The translations under genes were made by a program, and so were the position numbers. Source: an uncultured bacterium (GTDB taxonomy: Bacteria > Fidelibacterota > Marinisomatia > Marinisomatales > UBA1611). Taken from it: a DNA stretch of 42,789 nt. The stretch spans positions 1-42,789 of the forward strand of contig CAYFIF010000002.1 in the NCBI GenBank assembly GCA_964343085.1, read 5' to 3'. Below are positions 9,061 to 18,586 of this stretch, piece by piece (the stretch's first letter is position 1; every line of letters starts with the position of its first letter). The notes under the pieces are model-generated. The model was not told the origin of the DNA, ran no database searches, and was given only the letters and a program-made list of their open reading frames with translations.

Positions 9061-12000
9061 TTATTTTAAAAATAAAATCTTTTGCATTTTTCTTTTAACA
9101 TCTGATTCAGTAATGATAAAATAGGCACCAGAAGAAACTTGATGACCTATTTTATTTGTTCCATCCCAGGAAAATATATATTTCCCTGGATATAAAATAC
9201 TGTTTTGAATAATTGATACCTCTTTTCCTAAAACATCAACAATAGAAATTTTTATTTTTTCTTGATTATACAAATCTAAATTAAAATTAATTTTAGGATT
9301 AAAAGGATTTGGATATCCACTGCTAATAGAAAAACTAATGGGCTTTATTTCTGAATCTATTGATAGAGGAGCAACATAATTTTCAGGTGCTTCAACTGTA
9401 AATCGAATCGCTCTTCCATCGGCTAATGTCGCTGCTCCAGGAGCATAAACATTATTAAATACATACTGAAGACCGTAATCTTTTTGAGGAGATTCTATAC
9501 CTACGGTGCTATAATTTTTTGTTACATCTACATCTTCAATCTCTAAATATTGAAAGTCAATAACTCCATCACCTGTTCGAGTCGGCATTGCATTTTGATT
9601 ATATAAAATTATCTCAAATGTTTCTTCAGTCTCTTCATCATACCCATTTAGTGCTCTAGACCATTCTATTATGAACCTACCGTTTGCTTCATCATACCAA
9701 GTGAAAATATTTATCCAGGTATCAATAACCCCATCCTGATCGGTGTCTATTGTCTCTAAATCATCAGAGAAAGCTGCTAGCAAAGCCTTGGGGCCTAAAT
9801 ACATGGGAATTGACATATTCCAAAAGTAATCGATGTAACATGGTACAAAAGAGGCCCAACCATTAGAGCTTATAGTCAAGCTCTCATAGAATTCCCCATG
9901 GTATTTAAAAGTAAAAGGTAGTTCTATGTCCACATGGTCATCATCATCCAATTGGTAATGTTCTCCATTTTCGCCACCATATGAAGGGTCAAGCTCAACC
10001 CAATCAAAAGTAGGACTCTGATCAAAACCTAAATCTGTATTATCATACGCCCAATAGCCATATTCATTAGGTGCAGTCGGCAGATTACTAGAAAAAGTTG
10101 ATATATGCATTTCAACCTCTTGGCTGAAAAGAATGTGTCCACCTTTACTAAGTTTGATCAAAAATGTTATATCGCTTCCATATGCTACATCTCCAATGCT
10201 TATAGTATAATCCACATTAGAAGTTAGACTACTAAAAGGCAAAAGGGTTAGCACATTACCCGATGAGGAATGATCATACACTGTAGAGCCCTCAGATGAT
10301 GCTGAAATACTTAAATCTAGATCACTAAAGATAGAGGGGGTATAATTAGATATATTTAAAATAGGCTCTATATCTGAGTTAGGGTTTACATCATTATCAA
10401 ATGTTATATCAAAAATGGGATAATTAAGATCAATGACAAATTCACAAATTTTATTATCATTTTGGTCATCGAACTGCCCCTTAAGAGCCCCACCTGCCGC
10501 AGAAGAAAAAGGTGTGAACTCTAAATTGATTTCAAAAATTTCACCAGCAGCAATTGATGGAAGATCAACTGAAAATATATCGGGCTCAACGGCACCAGAA
10601 AAAGTAATAGTCCCAGTAAAGGCGTCAGTGGAGTTATCAGTGTTATTCTTTAATTCCATATTCAGGCTAACTAATTCTCCAATTGCAGGAAACTGATTAT
10701 TTTCTGAACCTTGTATGTGATAGGTGTTTATTGAAAAAAGTGAAACACCCTCTTGGATTTCAAGACTCTTATGCCCTTGGATATATCCAGACTTATTAGC
10801 ATAAACATCTAAAAAATTAGTATTAGAATGGTTTAGAGTTGCAATATAGCTTCCGATACTGTCTGTTAAACCTTTTGAAAGAATCTCACCATTACCCATA
10901 ATACTGATAACCGCATTTGAAACTGGCTCATTGGAAAAATTGTTTAACGATATACTTATAAAACCATCCACCCTAGAAACACTAGAAACATTAATCTGGA
11001 ACTGTTCTGGGGTATCTATGTAAACAGGAAGAGATGGGTCTCCAAGAATATTATATACGTGGGCATAAAATTCTTGGGCCTCTCCGGGGCCATTCTGAGC
11101 GGGGAACTCTTTGGTAAGACCGGATTGTCCTGCATACATTGCTGGACCAAGTTCAACAACATCATGGTTTAACATAGCATCATACATGTAGGCATTGATA
11201 ACATTATTGTACTTTGTACTAGTGTGGAGGTCCGATGGGCCAACAAAACCGACTCCCCCTTTTGGAACTGTCGGAGTACCTCCCCTCAGTACTGCCTCAG
11301 CAAGACACGGATCAACATTATTTGCAAAATCATTGGAGTTGCACACATAGCTCATGAATACAGGCGTCAGCCATCCATTATTTAGATCGTTCACATCTTC
11401 AACATGAAACTCTGGAAAATGCCAACCATTGGCATCACCCCAGCCTCGATAATTTACAATTCCGACTCCATTATCAATTGAATTAATAATGTATGGGGCA
11501 CCTTGCTGAACAGGAGGATAGAATACAGTGTCAACTTGGCTATAACCATATAATAAGAGCTCATCCCTAAGCCAATATGAGGTCCACTTCGGTGTGATTG
11601 GGATTGGATAAGTGTTCGCATAGTTTCCGGCTACGATCAATCCTCTATCTAGCCAATTAGGATCAAATGCAAGAGGATCACGAACATATCTAATCGTCTT
11701 TGAAATTATAACTGCTAGATCAGACAAAGAATCAATTGAAAATCGACCAATAAAAACATCTGGCACATTGTCTTCACCTAGAATATGAGTATACTTTTGG
11801 TCGGTTACATCATTTTCAGGTCCATAATAGAACGATGGAAATGCAGAAAATCCATCAACATCACCGATTAATAAAATATACTCAAGCATTGGATCCTCGC
11901 TTAGAAGATTTGTTATAGCTGATTTTATAGACTCAGCTGACTCTCCAGTTTGAGATAAAGTTAAAACATAGACGTCAAATCCCTGCGACTTTTTGAAAAT

Positions 12001-12237
12001 AACGAATTCGTCTAAATAATTTGACACCCCATCAGGTGCAACAATTAAAAAACTTCCTCTCTGAGGGGTAAATTGAGATAGTAAAATATCGTAACTGTCG
12101 GTTACCATACTACTAAAAGCTAGAGGAACTGGATTTCCAATCAATTTCTCTTTTTCTTTGCCACGAAAATTTTTTCCATTAGCAGTAAGGAAAGAAAAGA
12201 TAACTAAAAAAGGAATCAGTTTTTTAAGATAAAACAT
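9061..12237 (-). CDS. gingipain-like (peptidase C25 family) protein with NIDO-like module and T9SS CTD
   Basis: 1058 aa with a signal peptide. C25 landmarks: ILLIGDVDG, VNYRGWGDANGW (RgpB has YTGHGSETAW), SYVCNSNDF (RgpB DVACVNGDF) and ILGDPSLPV (RgpB FGDPSLLV). Ig-like middle region, then a ~235-aa NIDO-like module. CTD GYPNPFNPKINF...MQKILFLK. The start overlaps the M14 stop by 22 nt. Confidence 0.85.
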   Translation of the reverse strand: MFYLKKLIPFLVIFSFLTANGKNFRGKEKEKLIGNPVPLAFSSMVTDSYDILLSQFTPQRGSFLIVAPDGVSNYLDEFVIFKKSQGFDVYVLTLSQTGESAESIKSAITNLLSEDPMLEYILLIGDVDGFSAFPSFYYGPENDVTDQKYTHILGEDNVPDVFIGRFSIDSLSDLAVIISKTIRYVRDPLAFDPNWLDRGLIVAGNYANTYPIPITPKWTSYWLRDELLLYGYSQVDTVFYPPVQQGAPYIINSIDNGVGIVNYRGWGDANGWHFPEFHVEDVNDLNNGWLTPVFMSYVCNSNDFANNVDPCLAEAVLRGGTPTVPKGGVGFVGPSDLHTSTKYNNVINAYMYDAMLNHDVVELGPAMYAGQSGLTKEFPAQNGPGEAQEFYAHVYNILGDPSLPVYIDTPEQFQINVSSVSRVDGFISISLNNFSNEPVSNAVISIMGNGEILSKGLTDSIGSYIATLNHSNTNFLDVYANKSGYIQGHKSLEIQEGVSLFSINTYHIQGSENNQFPAIGELVSLNMELKNNTDNSTDAFTGTITFSGAVEPDIFSVDLPSIAAGEIFEINLEFTPFSSAAGGALKGQFDDQNDNKICEFVIDLNYPIFDITFDNDVNPNSDIEPILNISNYTPSIFSDLDLSISASSEGSTVYDHSSSGNVLTLLPFSSLTSNVDYTISIGDVAYGSDITFLIKLSKGGHILFSQEVEMHISTFSSNLPTAPNEYGYWAYDNTDLGFDQSPTFDWVELDPSYGGENGEHYQLDDDDHVDIELPFTFKYHGEFYESLTISSNGWASFVPCYIDYFWNMSIPMYLGPKALLAAFSDDLETIDTDQDGVIDTWINIFTWYDEANGRFIIEWSRALNGYDEETEETFEIILYNQNAMPTRTGDGVIDFQYLEIEDVDVTKNYSTVGIESPQKDYGLQYVFNNVYAPGAATLADGRAIRFTVEAPENYVAPLSIDSEIKPISFSISSGYPNPFNPKINFNLDLYNQEKIKISIVDVLGKEVSIIQNSILYPGKYIFSWDGTNKIGHQVSSGAYFIITESDVKRKMQKILFLK
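9375..10080 (-). other. NIDO-like module, copy 1 (approximate bounds)
   Basis: YGYWAYDN...FDWVELD..YGG...IELPFTFKYHGEFYESLTISSNGWASF...LLAAFSDDL...FTWYDEANGRFIIEWSR...TGDGVIDFQY...VGIE...GLQYVFNN. Clearly paralogous to 23475..24190. Confidence 0.5.
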
Positions 12238-14525
12238 TTATCTACTACCTTCAATTTGGGGGTTTCAATTTTAATGAAAAACATTCCTGAGCCCATTGGG
12301 CGACCATTAAAATTTGTTAAATCAAGATCAACAAATCGTCTCCCGGGTGCAAGGTTACCAAGACGTATATTTTTGATTTCATGCCCAAGAAGATTATATA
12401 TGCGAACACTGGTATCACCTCCAGGAAAGTTTTCAATATCTAATCTGAGCTTGCCACCCGAGGGATTAGGATATATCCCATTGATTGCCATCTGAATATT
12501 TGGGATACTATTTTTACTGTTATACGATACCCCGAGATACTGGTCATTAATTGAATAGAGTCCGATCTCTTGTATCTCCCAACCTCTATAGTTAACGGTT
12601 TGATCAGGAGCGAACTCAAGAAAAACCTTTATATTCGTAAAACCCGTATCTGAAACGGCAGTTACGAAATCATTTTCAAAAGAGCTTGACCAATTGGAAC
12701 CAGTCCAAGATCTAGTAGCAAGTGTATTACCTACAACATCTAAAATAGATACACTTACAGTATCATGGTCCCACTCTGTTTCATATTTATGTTTTATTGA
12801 TAGAACAACCCTATTTGTTCCGCTAACTTCTAGAAGATTAGACTCCATCCACTGATTATTGTTTGATACAGAATCAGAATTGCTATAAAACATACCGCTT
12901 TGGGATCTTAGCACCATTCCATTCATCGACCAATCACCCTGGCTCTGTTGCCATGGCAACTGATCACTTAGTAGAATCAGATTCCCGTTTTGATAGGGGA
13001 TAAAAAGATTAATATCTTCAGATAAATATATTGTCTTTTCCCATGGAATATTCCCATCCGAAAAGGGTATGGAAATAGTATACTCTCCCTCGCCTAGCTC
13101 AAATACATTATTACCATCAGAAAGTTGGATTGGCTTTTTTCCAAAATCGTTTACTAAAAATCCATCTATGGGCCCTGATAAAGATGCGCCATTTACTAGA
13201 GATAGCGTAAGTAATTTTATCTCAGACTCTTCTAGATAAATATCTCGGTTTGTTATACTACTATTATTTGCTATTACAGAAATTTGCTTAGGTAAATATC
13301 CCTCCGCCTTAACCAACAAATTATACGTACCAACCTCTAGCACTCGTCTATATCTTCCAAATTCATTTGTCAAACGAGGCTTTAAAACCGATCCACTATT
13401 CTCCAACAATTCTACTGTGGCACCTTCAATCGGTAGACCATTGGCACCATATACAATTCCAGTAATCTGAGCAGCATCAGCATAATAACCGATCGCACGA
13501 TCCATAAGATAGACCATTGCCGGTTTTGTTCTGTTGATAGTATTCTCAATGAGTACACTATCTGGTTGGAGATTGGCCGTCCCACACTCAACCAAGTACT
13601 GAAAACATCCTGTCTCCCTATAAAACCAGTCATGTAGCTTCCCATTTCTAGAACCACTGTAAACAGATAGATATGTACTACTACCATCCTCTGTCTCAAT
13701 CAATCCAGAAAAATAATCACTAATTTTTTTCATAATCCCAATGTCAGGTGATTCTTTTTCCTCTTCCCATTTCCATGAGGTGAAAACTTTTTCGGATAAA
13801 TTCCCAGATCTAGAACTATGCCAAACAATTGAAAATAAAAAATCGTTTTCTAGTGCAAGATCTCGAATCGCAATTGATTCATTTTCCGAAAAAGGTTCTG
13901 TCCCCTTATAGTAATCATAGTGAGAAGCATATGCTGAGTTATCAGGCTCAAGGAAAGTATCTCCGAATACCCAATTAAAATCAAAATTTCTGTTTAAATC
14001 TACACCATCAATGTCATTCCCTATTGAAGGGTCATAATCGAACATAGAATTAGGGAATGGACCATCAGGAGAAAGATCCCGTTTATTTTTTCTGTAACTC
14101 ACATCTGCTCCACTATGCACAACGTTTAAACCATCAGGATTAGCGGTAGGTATAAGCCAAATATCAAGATTCTCTTTCAAAATATTCATGTGCGTATATA
14201 TAGTGGGGTCAGGAAATAAAAGATCATCCATCAGCCTTAGTACAACCTCTATACCAAGAATCTCTTCGGCATGCACCTGACCAATAAAGAGGACCCTTGG
14301 TTCATCCTCTTTAATATTAACATTATCTGAAATATTTACAGCAATTATTGGAATATTCTCCTGAGTGGAATAACCTATTGTATCAAGTAAAAACCAATTT
14401 TCTAATTCAGGTAGATTATCCAATGAATCATAGATTGCATAGATCTCTTGAGTAGTATGATAGCGACTATCTAAAGCCTGAGAAAAAAGAGCACCGGAAA
14501 AAATTAATGCAATAAAAATATTCAT
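12216..14525 (-). CDS. M14 zinc carboxypeptidase with CarboxypepD_reg-like domain and T9SS CTD
   Basis: 769 aa with a signal peptide. Zn ligands in family context: GQVHAEEILG (HxxE) and SIVWHSSRSG (His). NRNFDFNW substrate-binding motif. Beta-sandwich ITGIVYGANGLPIEGATVELL...GTYNLLVKAEGY. CTD IYPNPSGGKLRLDI... Confidence 0.9.
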   Translation of the reverse strand: MNIFIALIFSGALFSQALDSRYHTTQEIYAIYDSLDNLPELENWFLLDTIGYSTQENIPIIAVNISDNVNIKEDEPRVLFIGQVHAEEILGIEVVLRLMDDLLFPDPTIYTHMNILKENLDIWLIPTANPDGLNVVHSGADVSYRKNKRDLSPDGPFPNSMFDYDPSIGNDIDGVDLNRNFDFNWVFGDTFLEPDNSAYASHYDYYKGTEPFSENESIAIRDLALENDFLFSIVWHSSRSGNLSEKVFTSWKWEEEKESPDIGIMKKISDYFSGLIETEDGSSTYLSVYSGSRNGKLHDWFYRETGCFQYLVECGTANLQPDSVLIENTINRTKPAMVYLMDRAIGYYADAAQITGIVYGANGLPIEGATVELLENSGSVLKPRLTNEFGRYRRVLEVGTYNLLVKAEGYLPKQISVIANNSSITNRDIYLEESEIKLLTLSLVNGASLSGPIDGFLVNDFGKKPIQLSDGNNVFELGEGEYTISIPFSDGNIPWEKTIYLSEDINLFIPYQNGNLILLSDQLPWQQSQGDWSMNGMVLRSQSGMFYSNSDSVSNNNQWMESNLLEVSGTNRVVLSIKHKYETEWDHDTVSVSILDVVGNTLATRSWTGSNWSSSFENDFVTAVSDTGFTNIKVFLEFAPDQTVNYRGWEIQEIGLYSINDQYLGVSYNSKNSIPNIQMAINGIYPNPSGGKLRLDIENFPGGDTSVRIYNLLGHEIKNIRLGNLAPGRRFVDLDLTNFNGRPMGSGMFFIKIETPKLKVVDKCFILKN

Positions 14526-14528
14526 GCT

Positions 14529-17500
14529 TTACTTTAAATATGTTATCTTACCTGCTTTTATTACATTAGATGACTCGAATTGGAAAAAATATATTCCACT
14601 TGGAGACTGTTTCCCGTTGAGCCCTACCCCATTCCAAGAAACCCTTTGCATTCCACCAAATCCAGGAATAATAAATCGGCTAAAGACCAACCTGCCATTA
14701 ATATCAAATAACCTAAATTCTAACTCCTTCCCTTCTGCAATAGTGTAATCAAAATTAACTTTACCATTGAAAGGATTTGGATATGCAGGATGAAGATGAA
14801 AACCATTAGGCAGCGGATTCTCCTCATTATTGGGCGCCGATGATAATAGCTCAGCTTTCATCATAGTTTTTCCATAGTAATTAGCGAGATCCTCCTTCCC
14901 AGAGCTTCTGTAATCAATCCAATCTAAGAAAAATTCATCTTGAACATGCTTTGTTACATTTACATTCTCCTGCTTATGATATGCTACGCACACAGGGATC
15001 CCATTTGCCTCAGTGGTCATGCCCTGATTTATAACATAGCCAGATCCATACAGATCAACGCCATTGATTAATAACGGATCATCATTATAGTATCCTCTCT
15101 CATCTTCCCATACTACAAAAAATTCGCTTTCCTGAACTGACACCACAAGCGGATTATATTGGTCAGTAGTATCTGATGAGAATTCAATAATATCCTCTTC
15201 CATTAAACCATTATTCAAGTCAACCAGTTTTCCAAAAATTTCAAAATCCAAACCATTCCTATAATCTTCCCATGCGATTAAACCATGAGAACCAGATTCA
15301 TTGAAATCAAAAGAAATATTACCTTGGTCATTATCTGCATCAGTCACCACAGTTCCTCCTAAAGGCCATAGTGTATTTCCATCAAAGTCAATGAACTGAG
15401 CATAAATATCTGCAAAATTGCCATCCTGAACCCAAACAGCCAAGATGCCTGAATCACTTGCAGCTTTGACTTCTAGGTGACGAGAGTTATATGATGGATT
15501 ACTCAGATTATTCCCATTAGGGTTCCATCCTATTTCGATATTTCCATCGATATCAATCTTTGAATACATAAGCTTTGCCGCAGGCCAAGCATCCTCCAAC
15601 CAAAAAATCATAAATTTATTATCCTCAGCTGGGATAACCCCCATGATATAGTCGTCCCCGTTTGAGTCAACAATCTCTTTCCCATTAAGATCAAGAGTCG
15701 CTTCTCCGTTTTCATTGAGCCTTTGAAAAAAGATATCATAATTAAATCCTCGACTCTCTGACCAAAAACAACCTACACCCTGGCCAATCGCAAAAAGCTG
15801 TGCTTTCCGCATATCAAATACCGGAGAAAGGGCAACACCTTCAGGGTCCCACAGGTTATTTAGTTGGTCATCAAGTTTGTTAATTCGAATAAATTTTGGA
15901 GCAGATGAACCATCAAACGTACCTAAGTAAATATTTTGACTATTTCGGGCAGATACTGGCAAAGAAAAATCTGTTTCTGATGATGAATTATCTCCATATG
16001 TTAATTGCTGACCACCAACAAATTGATTCTCCAAGTTGGTTATTCTTGTACCAAATATCTTTTTTGATGAACGATTATCCTCCCAAATCAAAAAGAAGTC
16101 TTCATCCATAATTCTAAATGATTTTGAGTAGTTAACATCTCCATCTAGCCCAGACATGGCCATCATTCCATTGCCTGTCCATTCAGGAACATAGCTTTGA
16201 TTTAATTTTTGAATCAACAGGTCGATACTGCCACTTCCTTTATCCGCATAAATGATATACAACCCTTCTGAGGTATTCCCACTTATGATTGGCGCAAACT
16301 GATAGCCTGGTGATCCAGATACCTCAAGAGGAGACTCTAATGCATAACTTCCGTCTGAATTAATTTTCTGGTATAGAATATCAACCTCAGGAAAAATGCC
16401 TCTCTCCCAAACGACACTTAAACCACCATCCATATCAGAACTAAAACGAGCGCTAAAATCTATTCCCTGCACTGGATCTAACATCACACCATCAGCCCAA
16501 AAAACATCACCACCTGTGCCGACCTTTTGAAAATACTGGTCACCATTAATCGGATCATTCCTTAAATCTTTCCAGTTTACAAAAACACTCCCATCATAAC
16601 TTCTTTTTACCCTAGGAGCAGTCTGGATAGCATCATACGAGGAAATAGGATTTGGATCTGAAAAAACTAGGCCCTGTTCATCTACAAAGTTATAAAAAAT
16701 TTTTGAACTTTCATCACCCTGCTTCCAACATATAAATGAGACATCATTATTTACAAATGTGGCACGTGGATTTAGATCTTGTTCAAATGAATTAGATACT
16801 TGCAAACCATTTTCCAAAAATAAATTCGACATACTTAAGTCTAATCGCTGGCAATAAATATCAGCATTTGCTCCATCTCGAAAATCAGCCCAAGCTATAA
16901 ATGCATCATTGTTTCCTGCATACTCAATTGTTTTAGCATTCTGATTACCTCCTTCGATTACTATAGGAACACCAGAACCTGGAGATATAATCTCATGGTC
17001 AAAAGAAACATGGGTTCCATAAATATCATCATCCACACCCCCACGCTTATCCTGCCAGACAATATACGCCCCTCCAAGGCTATCGGTGCACATATTTATC
17101 GTGATCTGTTTTCCCTCGATCTGAGCAAGAGCTATACCGTTCGGGTCGAGCAATCTATTCCCATCACTATCTAAATGTTGTAAGAAGATGTCACCCTCAG
17201 CATCAAATCTATAATCAACCCAAGCTATAAATACACCACCGCTTCCATCTGTTATTGAAACAGGGTCCTCCTGCCTACCAGGAAGATCCGTAACTATGGC
17301 ACCATTTTGGCCCCAAACCATTTCACCATTTTGGTTCACCTTGTGGGAAAAAATATTTCTCATCCCAAATCGAGTATCTGACCATGTGAAAACCACCTCT
17401 CCCTCATTTCCCGGAGACACAGTCCTGTACCACTCTATATGGACACCCTGTCGTATCGGAGCGCCACCATCAGCATCGAACCCAATAGCGAATATCACAG

Positions 17501-17534
17501 AAATAAAAAATAAAGTTGACAAAACTTTTTTCAT
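14529..17534 (-). CDS. secreted repeat (propeller-like) protein with T9SS CTD
   Basis: 1001 aa with a signal peptide. About 16 tandem ~54-aa repeats. CTD AYPNPFNGKVNFDY...IKAGKITYLK. Confidence 0.7.
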   Translation of the reverse strand: MKKVLSTLFFISVIFAIGFDADGGAPIRQGVHIEWYRTVSPGNEGEVVFTWSDTRFGMRNIFSHKVNQNGEMVWGQNGAIVTDLPGRQEDPVSITDGSGGVFIAWVDYRFDAEGDIFLQHLDSDGNRLLDPNGIALAQIEGKQITINMCTDSLGGAYIVWQDKRGGVDDDIYGTHVSFDHEIISPGSGVPIVIEGGNQNAKTIEYAGNNDAFIAWADFRDGANADIYCQRLDLSMSNLFLENGLQVSNSFEQDLNPRATFVNNDVSFICWKQGDESSKIFYNFVDEQGLVFSDPNPISSYDAIQTAPRVKRSYDGSVFVNWKDLRNDPINGDQYFQKVGTGGDVFWADGVMLDPVQGIDFSARFSSDMDGGLSVVWERGIFPEVDILYQKINSDGSYALESPLEVSGSPGYQFAPIISGNTSEGLYIIYADKGSGSIDLLIQKLNQSYVPEWTGNGMMAMSGLDGDVNYSKSFRIMDEDFFLIWEDNRSSKKIFGTRITNLENQFVGGQQLTYGDNSSSETDFSLPVSARNSQNIYLGTFDGSSAPKFIRINKLDDQLNNLWDPEGVALSPVFDMRKAQLFAIGQGVGCFWSESRGFNYDIFFQRLNENGEATLDLNGKEIVDSNGDDYIMGVIPAEDNKFMIFWLEDAWPAAKLMYSKIDIDGNIEIGWNPNGNNLSNPSYNSRHLEVKAASDSGILAVWVQDGNFADIYAQFIDFDGNTLWPLGGTVVTDADNDQGNISFDFNESGSHGLIAWEDYRNGLDFEIFGKLVDLNNGLMEEDIIEFSSDTTDQYNPLVVSVQESEFFVVWEDERGYYNDDPLLINGVDLYGSGYVINQGMTTEANGIPVCVAYHKQENVNVTKHVQDEFFLDWIDYRSSGKEDLANYYGKTMMKAELLSSAPNNEENPLPNGFHLHPAYPNPFNGKVNFDYTIAEGKELEFRLFDINGRLVFSRFIIPGFGGMQRVSWNGVGLNGKQSPSGIYFFQFESSNVIKAGKITYLK
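14910..17395 (-). repeat. about 16 protein-level tandem repeats (~54 aa) within 14529..17534
   Basis: Recurring core [FIV]x[WF].D.R....DI[YF].Q.[IL]D.DG...W. Examples: VFIAWVDYRFDAEGDIFLQHLDSDGN, AFIAWADFRDGANADIYCQRLD, ILAVWVQDGNFADIYAQFIDFDGNTLW, CFWSESRGFNYDIFFQRLNENGE. The copies are divergent at the DNA level. Confidence 0.6.
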
Positions 17535-17545
17535 TAATGTTCCTT

Positions 17546-18586
17546 TTAAAAATTAATCGTTAATATTTGTATACCTTCTCTTGAACAAACCAATAATTTA
17601 TTACCCCAAAATTTAGTTTTGTAACTATACCCTATGGAAAATATTCCTCGCTCAATGGGAGAACTTGGATCTGAAATATCATAAAGAGCAATCCCCCTTG
17701 AACCAAGAGATAGAGCAGCAATATTCTCCCTCACAGAAATATGGTCTACTGTAAGATCCTTAGCAAATCTGTTTAAACTAATATTATCATCTGAGAAACT
17801 ATTTTTTGGTATATAATATGCACCAGCATCATCACAGGCTACATAAACCCCATCACCATAGAGAACAACTTTTTCTGCATTACCTTCAGTATCGATCCTA
17901 TTTACTAGCATCGGCTCTGATCCTAGGGAATCAATACTATACAGCTCAACACCCATCTGGTCTACAGCCATTACTATATAGCCATAACCATCAGAATCGA
18001 TACCCAATGGTTTCCCAGGAGTATAGATCTCACCACCTCCTTCAATCACCCATGAAATCAATTCAATTCCAAATACATTTGAACTATCTCGATTAAAAAA
18101 ACCCCACTTCATTCCATCATCATTATCAGCAGTAAACATTATAAATTGCCCCAAAATGGTAGGGTAAAAAATAAAATCTTTTGTTTTTGCACTCATTATT
18201 GGTGGGCTCCTATATACAAGACTGTCTCCAATATCATAGTGAAATATTTTTACATCTTTATTTGACTCAGAAACAAAAATTAATTTGTTCACACTGTCTC
18301 TACCAATAATCGCGAGATCATCAAACTCAAGAAATTCACCTGCTTCTGTATATCCGTAGTAATCGTTTATGATAGACCGAGAACTTAAATCCCAGACCTG
18401 CAAACCTGACTGACCAGCAGCAATAAACGCTATCCCATTTTCAATATCGACATCTCTGGCAAAGCCATTAGTCTCAATTATGTCTTCAACACTGACAGAC
18501 CATAGATGCTCGGTATTTGGTTTAGTACAAGAGACAATTAAAATAAAAAAAGCAGTGATAATGCTGCGTCCTTTAATAGCGATCAT
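17546..18586 (-). CDS. LVIVD-repeat-like beta-propeller lipoprotein
   Basis: 346 aa. Lipobox LIVSC. Repeats of the LVIVD type: ARDVDIENGIAFIAAGQSGLQVWDLS, AEKVVLYGDGVYVACDDAGAYYI, HISVRENIAALSLGSRGIALYDISDPSSP, GNKLLVCSREGIQILTI. Confidence 0.6.
   Translation of the reverse strand: MIAIKGRSIITAFFILIVSCTKPNTEHLWSVSVEDIIETNGFARDVDIENGIAFIAAGQSGLQVWDLSSRSIINDYYGYTEAGEFLEFDDLAIIGRDSVNKLIFVSESNKDVKIFHYDIGDSLVYRSPPIMSAKTKDFIFYPTILGQFIMFTADNDDGMKWGFFNRDSSNVFGIELISWVIEGGGEIYTPGKPLGIDSDGYGYIVMAVDQMGVELYSIDSLGSEPMLVNRIDTEGNAEKVVLYGDGVYVACDDAGAYYIPKNSFSDDNISLNRFAKDLTVDHISVRENIAALSLGSRGIALYDISDPSSPIERGIFSIGYSYKTKFWGNKLLVCSREGIQILTINF

Noticed and set aside
9061-12237. Annotating either C25 protein as the T9SS sortase PorU.
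   Set aside because: There is no adjacent PorV-like gene. One paralogue has a dockerin rather than a CTD. The canonical His is missing in both. I cannot discriminate PorU from other C25 members by eye, so both stay as generic C25-like.
13412-13699. 95-aa same-strand alternative-frame ORF inside the M14 gene. A similar one lies at 5003..5221 inside the OMP gene.
   Set aside because: They are out of frame relative to a well-supported gene and have no independent evidence.
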